A stretch of 64,000 nucleotides of DNA, from IMG/VR virus record IMGVR_UViG_3300047283_000054; one strand, 5' to 3'. The translations under genes and the position numbers were made by a program. This stretch comes from a virus (taxonomy: Duplodnaviria > Caudoviricetes). Positions 7,946 to 17,871 of this stretch are shown in pieces; position 1 is the first letter of the stretch, and each line of letters begins with the position of its first letter. The notes beneath the pieces were generated by a model that saw nothing but the letters and a program-made list of their open reading frames with translations, was not told the DNA's origin and searched no databases.

Positions 7946-8766
7946 TTGATAAATTCCTTGGCAGCATTTACCCATTGCTTATGATGTATTGGGCCAGGAT
8001 GTTTTTTATCTCTTGCTAAATCTGATTCTGCTTGTTCTTTGCTTTCTGAAGCCCACAACGGCAAGATAATACTATTTTTTAGTTTCAAACTTTTAAGTAA
8101 GTTGTATGTTTCAGCGTCCCATGAAGAAAGATATAGTTTTACGTTTCTATTTTTTGCAACATAGTCTATTAAATACATGTCGTTTTTAAAAGTTTTGATT
8201 TGTTCATCATTGGGAATATACTTATATAACATTTCAACATCTACCCCGTAGCTGTACGACAATTCACTTTTTAACCCTGGTATTAAAGATAAGTGAGTTA
8301 ACATATCTTTTTTCATATGCTTTATTCCAATTTGCATTCTATTATAACTAGGTAACAAAAATACAGCATGTTTCATTTGTATGTGTTTGGACGTGATTAA
8401 AAATAACTCTGAAATAGATTTGGCTGACGCACCAGACACACCAAAATTCAAAGATGTTAATTTCAATTCAGTTGCTAATACATTATGCCAAAGATAACTA
8501 TCAGGCAAACCTAACCCAGCAGTAAAACTGCACCCAAATGCGCCCATATCAATACTGTCAGGTATATCATCTGAGAATCGAAATCCTAATTTATTAAAAT
8601 AGTAATCAAAGTTGGGACCTTGCCATGTACAAGCATGTTCAATTTCCCCACGTGATGCAAAATCAACTCTGTATGATTCGTCAGTCCACTTCAAGTATTC
8701 TGTTTTAGTATACCCGATTACATCATCCAATGATTCAGAATCTAATAAGTTAACCAGTTGTATCAT
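7942..8766 (-). CDS. SGNH/GDSL-like hydrolase or acyltransferase
   Basis: FGCSFTAGLG, NFGVSGAS and C-terminal DKKHPG (DxxH). Confidence 0.65.
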   Translation of the reverse strand: MIQLVNLLDSESLDDVIGYTKTEYLKWTDESYRVDFASRGEIEHACTWQGPNFDYYFNKLGFRFSDDIPDSIDMGAFGCSFTAGLGLPDSYLWHNVLATELKLTSLNFGVSGASAKSISELFLITSKHIQMKHAVFLLPSYNRMQIGIKHMKKDMLTHLSLIPGLKSELSYSYGVDVEMLYKYIPNDEQIKTFKNDMYLIDYVAKNRNVKLYLSSWDAETYNLLKSLKLKNSIILPLWASESKEQAESDLARDKKHPGPIHHKQWVNAAKEFIK

Positions 8767-8867
8767 TTATAGATAAATGGATCACGTTTACGTAGTTCTT
8801 TAATACGCTTGCGGTAGCGTATCTCTGCTCTAATCGTATGATATAAATTTTTAATCCACTTGAACAT
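8763..8867 (-). CDS. 34-aa basic peptide ending DPFIYK
   Basis: Below the track cutoff: MFKWIKNLYHTIRAEIRYRKRIKELRKRDPFIYK*. GAGGAG Shine-Dalgarno; fills the gap and overlaps both neighbours. Confidence 0.75.
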   Translation of the reverse strand: MFKWIKNLYHTIRAEIRYRKRIKELRKRDPFIYK

Positions 8868-10158
8868 AATCTGGCTCCTCTTTGCTAATAGTATTTATTA
8901 TATCTACAATCTGAGGAAATATTGCTTTCCAGTCTCTATTCCTACGTTTATCTATGTCAGCTAGGAAGTTAGCAAAATCATTAACTTCCTTCTTGTTTGC
9001 AGGAGTAGTTAATAGTTGTTGCTGTATTCCCATTAAATGAGTTTGTAATTTTTCTTTTTCAATAGGGTCGCTATAATTTTCTAATGCTTTGATTGGTGCA
9101 TCAATGAAATGTGCTAAATATTTTCCAAAGTTGTATGGATTGAATGTTGAGGGTCTAACTACAGTGTTCCAATTAATACCAACAGTAGATTTAATTTTGC
9201 GCCATTCATTTGTTTTTTCTATCAACTGGTGTAAGGTGGGCAACGTCAATGCAGTAAGTGTTGCATGAATCAACACACCTACACCCGGAGCATTTAACAA
9301 CGTGGTCATGTTTTGTTCCCATTCAGTTAATATTAATCCATCACGGACATATTCAATCTCAGGACCCCAGCAATCAATACTACATACAAACTCCATGCGT
9401 TTAAGTTTACCTTGATCAATCAAGTTTTGCACACGTTGAATCTTTGCTTTAAACTTTTCAGGATCATGTTTCAAATTACTAAATGAACGGTATACTAAAT
9501 TTGGTCTGGGGTGTCTATCAAAGAAATCTAAACATTGTTCAAATTCTTTTTGATATAGAGGTTCCCCACCTAATACTTGCAATATTTGTACGTGTTCGCT
9601 ATTCTTCTCCATCCATTCCCAAAATTTTTCTTTGTATAATTCATACTTAGAATCAGGGCGCCATGTGCTATAATCTTGGTTAAACTCACTTGGTCCAAAT
9701 TTACGAACTTCTTGTTCAATCTGACTGCTAAAGCCAGGTGTGCAATACACACATGATTGATTGCATACATTATTGAAGTAAACTTCAAGCAATGTGGGAC
9801 TAACACTTAATGGAATATTATCAAACTCATATGCACGTTGCACGTATCCTTCAAACTCAGGTGGCAACAATTCAATCGATTCATTTACAAATCCTGTCCT
9901 ATCGCTTTTACCGCCGGTCTTTTCAACATCTCTGCAATATTCACATCCGTTACCTGGCCATTCCCCACTTGCCATTTTTTCTCTATCAGCGAGCTTACCG
10001 TGATGATTATGAAAATCCATAAAGTTATCCTCAGTCAATCTCCAATGACGACCTCGATGACAACTTGATGTAGTGCCTCTACTTAAAAATAAGGTGCTCC
10101 ATGCCCATTTGTATAAGCAAGCGGCATCATTTTGTATAGGAAATGTTTTTTTTATCAT
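8851..10158 (-). CDS. Radical SAM protein, N-terminal twitch-like module (subfamily A)
   Basis: CNQSCVYC, GGEP; N-terminal CLYKW...SCH...CEYC. Confidence 0.9.
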   Translation of the reverse strand: MIKKTFPIQNDAACLYKWAWSTLFLSRGTTSSCHRGRHWRLTEDNFMDFHNHHGKLADREKMASGEWPGNGCEYCRDVEKTGGKSDRTGFVNESIELLPPEFEGYVQRAYEFDNIPLSVSPTLLEVYFNNVCNQSCVYCTPGFSSQIEQEVRKFGPSEFNQDYSTWRPDSKYELYKEKFWEWMEKNSEHVQILQVLGGEPLYQKEFEQCLDFFDRHPRPNLVYRSFSNLKHDPEKFKAKIQRVQNLIDQGKLKRMEFVCSIDCWGPEIEYVRDGLILTEWEQNMTTLLNAPGVGVLIHATLTALTLPTLHQLIEKTNEWRKIKSTVGINWNTVVRPSTFNPYNFGKYLAHFIDAPIKALENYSDPIEKEKLQTHLMGIQQQLLTTPANKKEVNDFANFLADIDKRRNRDWKAIFPQIVDIINTISKEEPDYVQVD

Positions 10159-10163
10159 ACAGC

Positions 10164-10171
10164 TATTTATA
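10164..10171 (-). promoter_or_regulatory. Putative late promoter TATAAATA inside the enzyme cluster
   Basis: Exact T4 late consensus, 5 nt upstream of the 10158 start. Confidence 0.5.
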
Positions 10172-10925
10172 GAAGGCGTTGTATGAGGGGGATTATTTCT
10201 CTTTCAAAATAAATCAAATGGCCTTTATCATTTACATGATGATCGGGTGCATAACAAGTTTTATTAAAATTATAATCTCCTTTCCCAGAAGAATTATATC
10301 CAGAAAAATCGTATTTAGAGATATGTGGTATTTGAAATTTACCAATGCATAAAAGTTTTTTTAGAAAAGGTGTATTATATGACTGGGTAGGGAGAGACCA
10401 TATAAATTTTAAATTATTTACTGTTGCAAATCCATATGTTGCTAATAATGCAGTCATTGACAGATTATATCCTATGTCATCGTTAAACAAATGTCTTATA
10501 TACATTTTTTTAGCTTTATTATATGGAATTTCATTTTCCATTTGAGAATGATGATCCCATCCCATTACCCAAGGTACTATAACCTCAGGTTTAACTCCTA
10601 AAGCAACTTCTATCCTTGATGGAAAGGTTCCATTAAATATAACAATATCATCTGCACTTAGTGGATGTTCACTATGATATTCTATTAAGTTACGAAACAT
10701 TCCTTGACTACAATTTGCAGGTATTCCTAAATTTATTACTTCTATATTATTAAATTGATGTTGTAACAACGATGCCCAGCAATATGAACTAGGAATATTT
10801 TGCATAAATGGAGTTTCATCCCCTATGAATGTTTTAGTATCATGGTCATAGTAATATTCACGGTCTGAACAACCGTGCCCAAAAGTATAACTATCTCCTA
10901 ATACTATTACTTTATGTTTCTGCAT
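10167..10925 (-). CDS. SGNH/GDSL-like hydrolase or acyltransferase
   Basis: VLGDSYTFGHG, NLGIPANC and DHHVNDKGH. Confidence 0.7.
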   Translation of the reverse strand: MQKHKVIVLGDSYTFGHGCSDREYYYDHDTKTFIGDETPFMQNIPSSYCWASLLQHQFNNIEVINLGIPANCSQGMFRNLIEYHSEHPLSADDIVIFNGTFPSRIEVALGVKPEVIVPWVMGWDHHSQMENEIPYNKAKKMYIRHLFNDDIGYNLSMTALLATYGFATVNNLKFIWSLPTQSYNTPFLKKLLCIGKFQIPHISKYDFSGYNSSGKGDYNFNKTCYAPDHHVNDKGHLIYFEREIIPLIQRLL

Positions 10926-11653
10926 TCATATCTCTCAGTAATTTCCTTGTCATATCGAAATTCAGTTTGTTTATATAAATCAATAATGTTTTTATCTTGA
11001 CTAAGCAATGATTTAAATATAATCCCGGAAAGTATTGAATTGTTTTCTTTAGAAAGATGACACCATCTATTATCTACCTCACCCATTGACGGTAATTCTT
11101 TTTTACTTACATTAAATAAATTATACAAACAAGCTCCATGCCTTGATTCTAATGATATGGTAGTATTTTTATCTTTTCTATCATCAAACGTAAGTAAGTT
11201 TACAAGTTTGATATTATTACCATAGCACATCATATTTACGTCATTGAATATTTGTTGTTTTATCCAAACATCAAATGGTATTGAAATATTGGGTACATGA
11301 CCGGTTAATATTCTAACCATTTCTAATTCTTGTTGCCTAGATAAATTTTTATTTCTTCTTAACGCATATAACTCATCTGGTGTTGTTAGAAAACTCAAAT
11401 CCTCAAGTCCTTCAGGCAAATGATGTATTCTATGTAATGATGAGTAGCAAAATATGATATGGTCAAACTGTTCTCGGTGAGCTAAAAATTGCTGAAAAGA
11501 GTACCATGTAGAGGACCCTGTTTTACCATACGTAGTTACTTTATGACCAGCGTTCTCCATATCTGCAATCCAAGATTCATCTTCAGTGAAAGGACTTTCT
11601 GGATTGTAGGGATTTCTATCAGCAAAGCTGTCACCAAATATACCTATTCTCAT
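10907..11653 (-). CDS. SGNH/GDSL-like protein
   Basis: IGIFGDSFA, YGKTGSS and C-terminal CHLSKENN (catalytic Asp not evident). Confidence 0.6.
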   Translation of the reverse strand: MRIGIFGDSFADRNPYNPESPFTEDESWIADMENAGHKVTTYGKTGSSTWYSFQQFLAHREQFDHIIFCYSSLHRIHHLPEGLEDLSFLTTPDELYALRRNKNLSRQQELEMVRILTGHVPNISIPFDVWIKQQIFNDVNMMCYGNNIKLVNLLTFDDRKDKNTTISLESRHGACLYNLFNVSKKELPSMGEVDNRWCHLSKENNSILSGIIFKSLLSQDKNIIDLYKQTEFRYDKEITERYECRNIK

Positions 11654-12822
11654 TTTGATACCTCTATCATTTTAGTTTTATATAAATTATCCATAGCAGA
11701 TTTATTACCACATGTTTCTAAACAAAATAATAATTTACCATTTTCAATTGTGTCTGCCTTCCAACCGTCTAAAAAGAATTTAGAAAACTCCGGGCCTTTA
11801 ATTATTTCCAACATAGATTTTTTATTTAAATTAAAAACTTCTAATCCATAATCATTAATCATAGTGTTAAATTGATACCTAGAATAAGAAGAATTAAATT
11901 GACCAAAGACTCCCCCTAAGAAACAACAGGGCAACATATATCCTGTAGCAGAAATATAAACCTCTTGTGATTCTTTTCTCTCAATAGATTTACATGTTAT
12001 AGTAGATGTTTTTTCTAATTCTTTACTAAATTCATTTAGGATTGGAACGCTTTTAATCATACGAGTAAAGTCTACTTTTTCTCCAAAGCTAGGGCCATCT
12101 TTTAAACCTTTGTGATTAGCAGGCCATATTGAATATTCATATTCACCTTCTTTGTTATAGACTGACAAGCCTTTAGCTTTTTCATCATATTCGCCAAACC
12201 CTAATGGATTTTTCACAACAAGTTGAAAATTTAATTCTTTTGCAAGTGCCCGAGCTTCTTCAACTTGATGTTGATTATGTTCAAATATCAGCCATTCCCA
12301 TATAGCATTTGCGCCAGTTGCACTGTATGCTCTCATATTTGCAATTAATTTTTCCCATTTAACACCTCTGCGATATATGTGATTAGTATCTTCAAGCCCA
12401 TCTACACTAAATACCACACCTGCCCTGTTAAATAAGAATTTATCATTTGGATTAAGTTGTTTTGAAAAAAAGTTTCCTAGTTTAGTCCAATAGTCTGCAT
12501 TACGCATTCCGCCGTTAGTTCTAATTTGCTGAACAACATTGGGTGATTGCTCTCTAAAATATTCTATTATCTCTAATAAATCAGGTGCCATTCCAGGATC
12601 GCCTACGTTACCACAAAAATTTATACTTCTAATATTTTTTGCAATTTCTACTGGAACCATTCTTTTTATATCATCAATAGACAGGTCAGTAAGTTCTAAA
12701 TCTTCTGCCACGGGGCCGCCGCTATGATTTCTGCTACATGCAGGACAACTGGCGTTGCATCTACTGGATAATTCAATGTGTAACCTTGTTACACAATTTA
12801 TATCATACATTTGTTCTTCCAT
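11650..12822 (-). CDS. Radical SAM protein with C-terminal SPASM/twitch-like module
   Basis: CNASCPAC near the N-terminus, FCGNVGDP, RTNGG, FSVDG; C-terminal CKS...YISATGYMLPCC...CLETC. Confidence 0.9.
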   Translation of the reverse strand: MEEQMYDINCVTRLHIELSSRCNASCPACSRNHSGGPVAEDLELTDLSIDDIKRMVPVEIAKNIRSINFCGNVGDPGMAPDLLEIIEYFREQSPNVVQQIRTNGGMRNADYWTKLGNFFSKQLNPNDKFLFNRAGVVFSVDGLEDTNHIYRRGVKWEKLIANMRAYSATGANAIWEWLIFEHNQHQVEEARALAKELNFQLVVKNPLGFGEYDEKAKGLSVYNKEGEYEYSIWPANHKGLKDGPSFGEKVDFTRMIKSVPILNEFSKELEKTSTITCKSIERKESQEVYISATGYMLPCCFLGGVFGQFNSSYSRYQFNTMINDYGLEVFNLNKKSMLEIIKGPEFSKFFLDGWKADTIENGKLLFCLETCGNKSAMDNLYKTKMIEVSK

Positions 12823-14075
12823 TATCGTAATCCTATATATTTTGCTAGATTGTCTGGTTTGTTTCTACGTTGTGTATATTGTTCAAAGAATATATCACTG
12901 TCTTTACGTAGTTGCGGTTGTGTTTCTTTAATGAAGCCCTCATCTAAAAACTTAAGTAGTCTAGCACAATGTTCGTGTTCCACTGGTAGTAATTCATCTT
13001 TGATTGACTCGTAAAAATTAGTATACTTGGTAATGTAAAAGTCTCGTTCTTCACGTGTTAAACAAGCAAAGCCTTGAAAGTCCGGCTTATCAACCATGTT
13101 GATTGAGATGTAGGGTTTTACTTTAGAACGATTGCGTATAGCAATAATATCCAAATACATTTGATCAAGTGACTGTAACGCAATTGCACTTACTGTTGTA
13201 CTTACACTAAACTCTCTGACCTTACTATTTGCCAATCGTTCAATGTTCTCTAACCATTCAGTATATATCATGCCCTCACGCACAAATTCGGCAGTCTCTC
13301 CTGCACTTTCATTACTGATATTCATACGCAAGTTGGTCAATCCACTAATCTTATCAAAAAATCTATCCATGATTACTGTCTTTTGGCAGAGGTTGCTGTG
13401 TATCACGCATTCAATGTTCGGGTTTATCTCTGTCATCATCTCAAACACACGAAAGACTTCTTCGTGCATCAGTGGTTCTCCGCCCGAAACACGGATAGAT
13501 TCTAAACTAGTAGCAACACTTTCAAACCATTCCCAAAACAATTTCATGTCGGGCGGATCTATCATCTCATTGAGTTCGTTGATATCTTTTTGATAGTGTC
13601 TGCGGTCATCAGTAATAATACCAGTATAAACACCATTTACTCTAATATCGTTTGTCCAACTTGTACTAAACTGTGGGCTACAATAACTACAAGCTAAGTT
13701 ACATGTATTCTGAAATGCTAACTCTAATGCTTTGGGCTTGAACACATAATTAGGATTCTTGTAGTCGTCTGATGATAAGTGATCCTTAAAGCTTAAACTC
13801 TTACGTGTTCTGTCACTACGCAATCCTAAATTCTCATAACGCCAGCAACTATCGCATGCAGGTGGTTGTTCTCCTGCTAACATTTTCTTTTGTTGTTCAC
13901 GTTTCTCGGCAGGGTTATAGAATGTATCTACTGTATTACCCACTTGAATAAAAGGAGTGTAATGGCAACTGGCAATCTTACCTGAGTAAACCCAGATACT
14001 TGCCTCATGAAATTTTGCAAGACAAAACGTATCGCTTGTCTCATCTCTTATCTTAAATAGTTTCTTCTCGTCCAT
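12822..14075 (-). CDS. Radical SAM protein, N-terminal twitch-like module (subfamily A)
   Basis: CNLACSYC, SGGEP; N-terminal CLAKF...SCH...CDSC. Confidence 0.9.
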   Translation of the reverse strand: MDEKKLFKIRDETSDTFCLAKFHEASIWVYSGKIASCHYTPFIQVGNTVDTFYNPAEKREQQKKMLAGEQPPACDSCWRYENLGLRSDRTRKSLSFKDHLSSDDYKNPNYVFKPKALELAFQNTCNLACSYCSPQFSTSWTNDIRVNGVYTGIITDDRRHYQKDINELNEMIDPPDMKLFWEWFESVATSLESIRVSGGEPLMHEEVFRVFEMMTEINPNIECVIHSNLCQKTVIMDRFFDKISGLTNLRMNISNESAGETAEFVREGMIYTEWLENIERLANSKVREFSVSTTVSAIALQSLDQMYLDIIAIRNRSKVKPYISINMVDKPDFQGFACLTREERDFYITKYTNFYESIKDELLPVEHEHCARLLKFLDEGFIKETQPQLRKDSDIFFEQYTQRRNKPDNLAKYIGLR

Positions 14076-15368
14076 TATTTTTTGGATTTGTTATAATCAA
14101 ATTCAATATTCAATTCATTGTGTGTCAAATAATTCTTTATGTTTATGTGTTCTGGGTACACCTTAAAGAAACTTTGGTCACGAATTTCATCCAGTTTAGT
14201 AGTAATTTTATTAAATTCTTTCAAACTCTCATTGATCCCATTGTAATATTGCCCATTTTTATCCCACATGAATTTAATTGCTGTCTCATACATACTTATG
14301 ATTCCGAAAGTCGGGTCTAAAGATTTTAACCAGTCAATATTCTTCTGCAATTCTTTTTCAATCTCTGTTTTTTTCCAATCTGGAATATTTTTCAGACAGT
14401 AATAGGGCGGAGTATCTAACGGATTAACCATCATGTGTTCAGGCTTGAGATATCCCAAATCTACCCATTCTCTATGAAACTCTGCTAAGTTAAACGCATT
14501 AGGCCAACTTAATGTGTATGAAATCATAAAATGTACGTGAGGACATTCTTTCATCATTTGTTTACGATTCTCTACAACTTGCTTCCAATCTATACCATTA
14601 CGCCAGTACTCACCCTTTTCATGGCTACCGTCTAAGCTTGCATATACGTGTACGTTGCTGAACTTCTTCCAATATTCGAGTACATTGTCGTATTTTTTTA
14701 GTTTAAAATTACTGAAGTTTGTGTTGTAACGAATCTCTAAGTCAGTATTACCAAATTCAATCAATTTGTTAAGAACTTCGTAGTGTTCTTTTTGCATCAA
14801 TGGTTCACCACCTGCAAAGTAAATCATCTTTGCTGTTGCTAGGTGAGGGATAATTTCTTCTAATGCTTGACCTTCAGTTTTACCCGGGAACTGATAACCA
14901 TCATCTTTATCTCGTCTTTCGGCCAAGTTATATAACTTACGATGATCCATTACCCAACTAGTGCTAAAGTGAGGGGCACAACTACGACAACTTAAGTTGC
15001 ATAGGTTATTATACCTAACATCAATATAATATAGCTTGTGTTCATCTAATGATCCGTCTGTATTGGTACTTTCTACAATTTTTTGAATTTCTTCATCTTC
15101 ATCAAAAAACATTCTATTGTATTCGTTCTTGTGTGCATGTCCCAATCCAGCACGACGGTTACATATACTGCAACTAGGTTCTTCTATTCCATTTAAGAAA
15201 TTTAGTCGCATTTGCTTTGTTTTATCGTTATTCCAAATTTCTGCCAATGTGTTTTCTTTAAGACTTCCAATCTCGTCTTTATTATCATAAACACAGCATG
15301 GTTTAACATCGCCGGCAAAATGTTTTGCTACTCTTTGCCATTTCAACTGGGTTAAAGTTATTACTCAT
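14075..15368 (-). pseudogene. Radical SAM gene (subfamily B) with a 5' microdeletion/frameshift
   Basis: The ATG at 15368 gives MSNNFNPVEMAKSSKTFC-RRC* (stop 15305-15303). The body AGDVKPCC...CNLSCRSC...AGGEP is in another frame (track ORF 14075-15346). The xxPWxHQYVxP segment seen in paralogue 17872-19173 is missing at the junction. Confidence 0.75.
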
Positions 15369-16677
15369 TTGTTAAATATTCTTTAAATTTTGAATCTAAG
15401 TAAGGAAATACCTCACTAAATTTTTCTTTTCTGATATTATCAAGTAAGTTTGTCTCTACATAAAATCTTGATAGCTGTTTACTCTCATCTTCGCTGTTCA
15501 TAAACAGCATTGCATCTTTCCAATGTGCAATAGTAACATCATAATTAAAATCATGTTCTTGTGTTTCTGATAACCATTCAATATGTTTATTAATCTTTTC
15601 GGTAACTTCTAATTTTACGTTTGGTGGTAAAATTTTAGTACGTAATTGAGGTGGGGAATGTAATGTGTTTAGATAAAATCCAAAAGTTCTACCATCCGGT
15701 CTTTTAAATACATCACTCTCACACATATATCTATGTAAATCAATTGATCCATAACAATTTAATAAGCTGAATACTGCGCTAACTCCATAGTCGGCTTTGG
15801 GCAAATATTGTTTAGCAGTTTCTATCCATTTTTTAGCAAGTTCCCAATCAAAACCTTTACGTATATATTCTCCTTCAGTACCCATGGCATCAATACTACC
15901 CACAATGAACACATTATCAAAATGCTGTAGCATTTCAAACGCATTATAGTCTTTTAAAGTATAAACTGTGAGGTTGGTATTATATCGTATTTTTGTCTGT
16001 GTTTTACCTCGTTCAACCAATAGTTTTAAAAACAAATAGTGTTCTTCTTGCATCATTGGTTCGCCACCACTAAAATGTATTTCTGTGTAGGGATCAATCA
16101 TATCAATAAGATAGTCTAAATCATCCTGCATATGTAATACACCATCATTGGTTATTAATGACGTTGGATTAATCTGATATCTACCTAACTTAATCTGATC
16201 CGGTATCCATCCGGTACTTAGTCCTGGGCCACATGACCTGCATTTTAAATTGCATAGATTATTGAAAATCAAGTCAATCGTACCTAGTTTAATATTTTCA
16301 ACTGACCCGTCGATATTGGTATATCTAATGATATCTTTTAACTTATTATATCCATTTTGATTTGTGTAGTCGGGGAAATCAGAATATCTCTCATTGAATC
16401 TTTGTCGCATACTTGTCGATCCTGAATCTTCTTCTTTCCAACAACGGGTACAAGTCTCTGGCTTTTTACCATCTAAAAAATCTTTTCTAAGTTGATTCCA
16501 TTTTTTGCTATTAAATATATCAACTAATTTTTCTTTATTCCAGTTACCTAAATCATGCTTTGCATCAAAGCTGTAATAACAACACGGGAACACTTTACCA
16601 TTTGGCTCAGTGTGAATTTGTAACCAGGGTACACTGCAAAAATGTTCTGGTAAATCTTCAATTTTTTTATCTAACAT
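15361..16677 (-). CDS. Radical SAM protein, N-terminal twitch-like module (subfamily B)
   Basis: CSVPW...GKVFPCC...CTRC; CNLKCRSC; SGGEP. Confidence 0.9.
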   Translation of the reverse strand: MLDKKIEDLPEHFCSVPWLQIHTEPNGKVFPCCYYSFDAKHDLGNWNKEKLVDIFNSKKWNQLRKDFLDGKKPETCTRCWKEEDSGSTSMRQRFNERYSDFPDYTNQNGYNKLKDIIRYTNIDGSVENIKLGTIDLIFNNLCNLKCRSCGPGLSTGWIPDQIKLGRYQINPTSLITNDGVLHMQDDLDYLIDMIDPYTEIHFSGGEPMMQEEHYLFLKLLVERGKTQTKIRYNTNLTVYTLKDYNAFEMLQHFDNVFIVGSIDAMGTEGEYIRKGFDWELAKKWIETAKQYLPKADYGVSAVFSLLNCYGSIDLHRYMCESDVFKRPDGRTFGFYLNTLHSPPQLRTKILPPNVKLEVTEKINKHIEWLSETQEHDFNYDVTIAHWKDAMLFMNSEDESKQLSRFYVETNLLDNIRKEKFSEVFPYLDSKFKEYLTNE

Positions 16678-17869
16678 TATTATCCCATTTAATCGGTTTA
16701 GTATCCGTCACATAATTAAACCAAGCACTTTTTTTAGACAATGATAAAAAGTTTACAAAGTTTTTTATTATTTTTCTGTGGTCAGCATTACGTCTATAAT
16801 CAATTACGTTCAATGTAGACATTCCATGCTGTAATAATTTTTCATTATATTCATCGTATGTAGTGGATAACATATGTTCTTTGTATAAAAACAACGCCTT
16901 TTCATAATGCTTATTAACCGGCGTTTCTATCTTTTTCATTGTTTCATTAAATATTTTTGTTCTCATTTCCAATGACAATAGTTCAATAGAATAATGATCG
17001 GGGCTTTGCAATTTGCTAACATATATTTCTAACTCAGGGTATCTGGATTGTGACCAATTAAAATATTCGGCAAACGTCAAACAATTCATCCAAGAAAGCG
17101 TGTAATGTGCTCCTATTCCAAAATTAGAATATTTAGTTTTTAATGCATAAAAACTATTAGACACCTGTTCTAAATTTTCAAATGATGATCCATATCGTAG
17201 ATATTCAAACTCTTCACCAATACCATCTATACTAAGCTGGACGCCAACTCTAAGAAATTTGTCCAAATATTTTGTTAGTTTATCCGTATACGTTGTTCCG
17301 TTTGTAGTCAGAGCTACTGTGGTTTGTTTAGCATATGGTTGGTCAGATAACCAATCCATAAATTCAAAAATTGCCGGATTAATTAGTGGTTCTCCACCTA
17401 ATATATCAAACCGTAATCTATTAAATGTAGCGTTAGCTAAAGTAGTTTTTATAAAATCTATTTTTTTTGGAGCTTGTTTAGCTACTACTTCTGTAATATA
17501 TTTTCTTGTATATTCAGCATCAACCTTCTCGTCAAATTTAAATCTCTCTGCAAGAATTTGAGTGCTATTATTAGGCGTGCAGGTAACACATTTTAAATTA
17601 CAAATATTGTCAAATGATGCAGTTATAACCATTTCATTTGGATCTTTAAACATTTGTCTATAGCTATAACTTCCTCCCTGATCTTGTTTAATACAATAAT
17701 CGCAATTGTATTCTAAATCCATTTCAGAAAGTTGGTGTTTATAATCATTAATATCTGTAGCATCTATATATGTTTTGAACCAGCAACAGGGTCTATATGG
17801 TTTTTCTTCGTTAGCAATAAAAATACTATTTTTTAATGCTAAACAATTTTTATAAGGTGTTAAATCCAT
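16667..17869 (-). CDS. Radical SAM protein (subfamily C, short N-terminal Cys module)
   Basis: RPCCWF...CDYC; CNLKCVTC; LGGEP; TTNGT. Confidence 0.9.
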   Translation of the reverse strand: MDLTPYKNCLALKNSIFIANEEKPYRPCCWFKTYIDATDINDYKHQLSEMDLEYNCDYCIKQDQGGSYSYRQMFKDPNEMVITASFDNICNLKCVTCTPNNSTQILAERFKFDEKVDAEYTRKYITEVVAKQAPKKIDFIKTTLANATFNRLRFDILGGEPLINPAIFEFMDWLSDQPYAKQTTVALTTNGTTYTDKLTKYLDKFLRVGVQLSIDGIGEEFEYLRYGSSFENLEQVSNSFYALKTKYSNFGIGAHYTLSWMNCLTFAEYFNWSQSRYPELEIYVSKLQSPDHYSIELLSLEMRTKIFNETMKKIETPVNKHYEKALFLYKEHMLSTTYDEYNEKLLQHGMSTLNVIDYRRNADHRKIIKNFVNFLSLSKKSAWFNYVTDTKPIKWDNNVR

Positions 17870-17871
17870 TA

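Noticed and set aside
15316-15346. TTG start giving MKWQRVAKHF…, or a programmed frameshift
   Set aside because: The sequence does not resemble the paralogues, and a frameshift alone would not restore the ~11 missing conserved residues.
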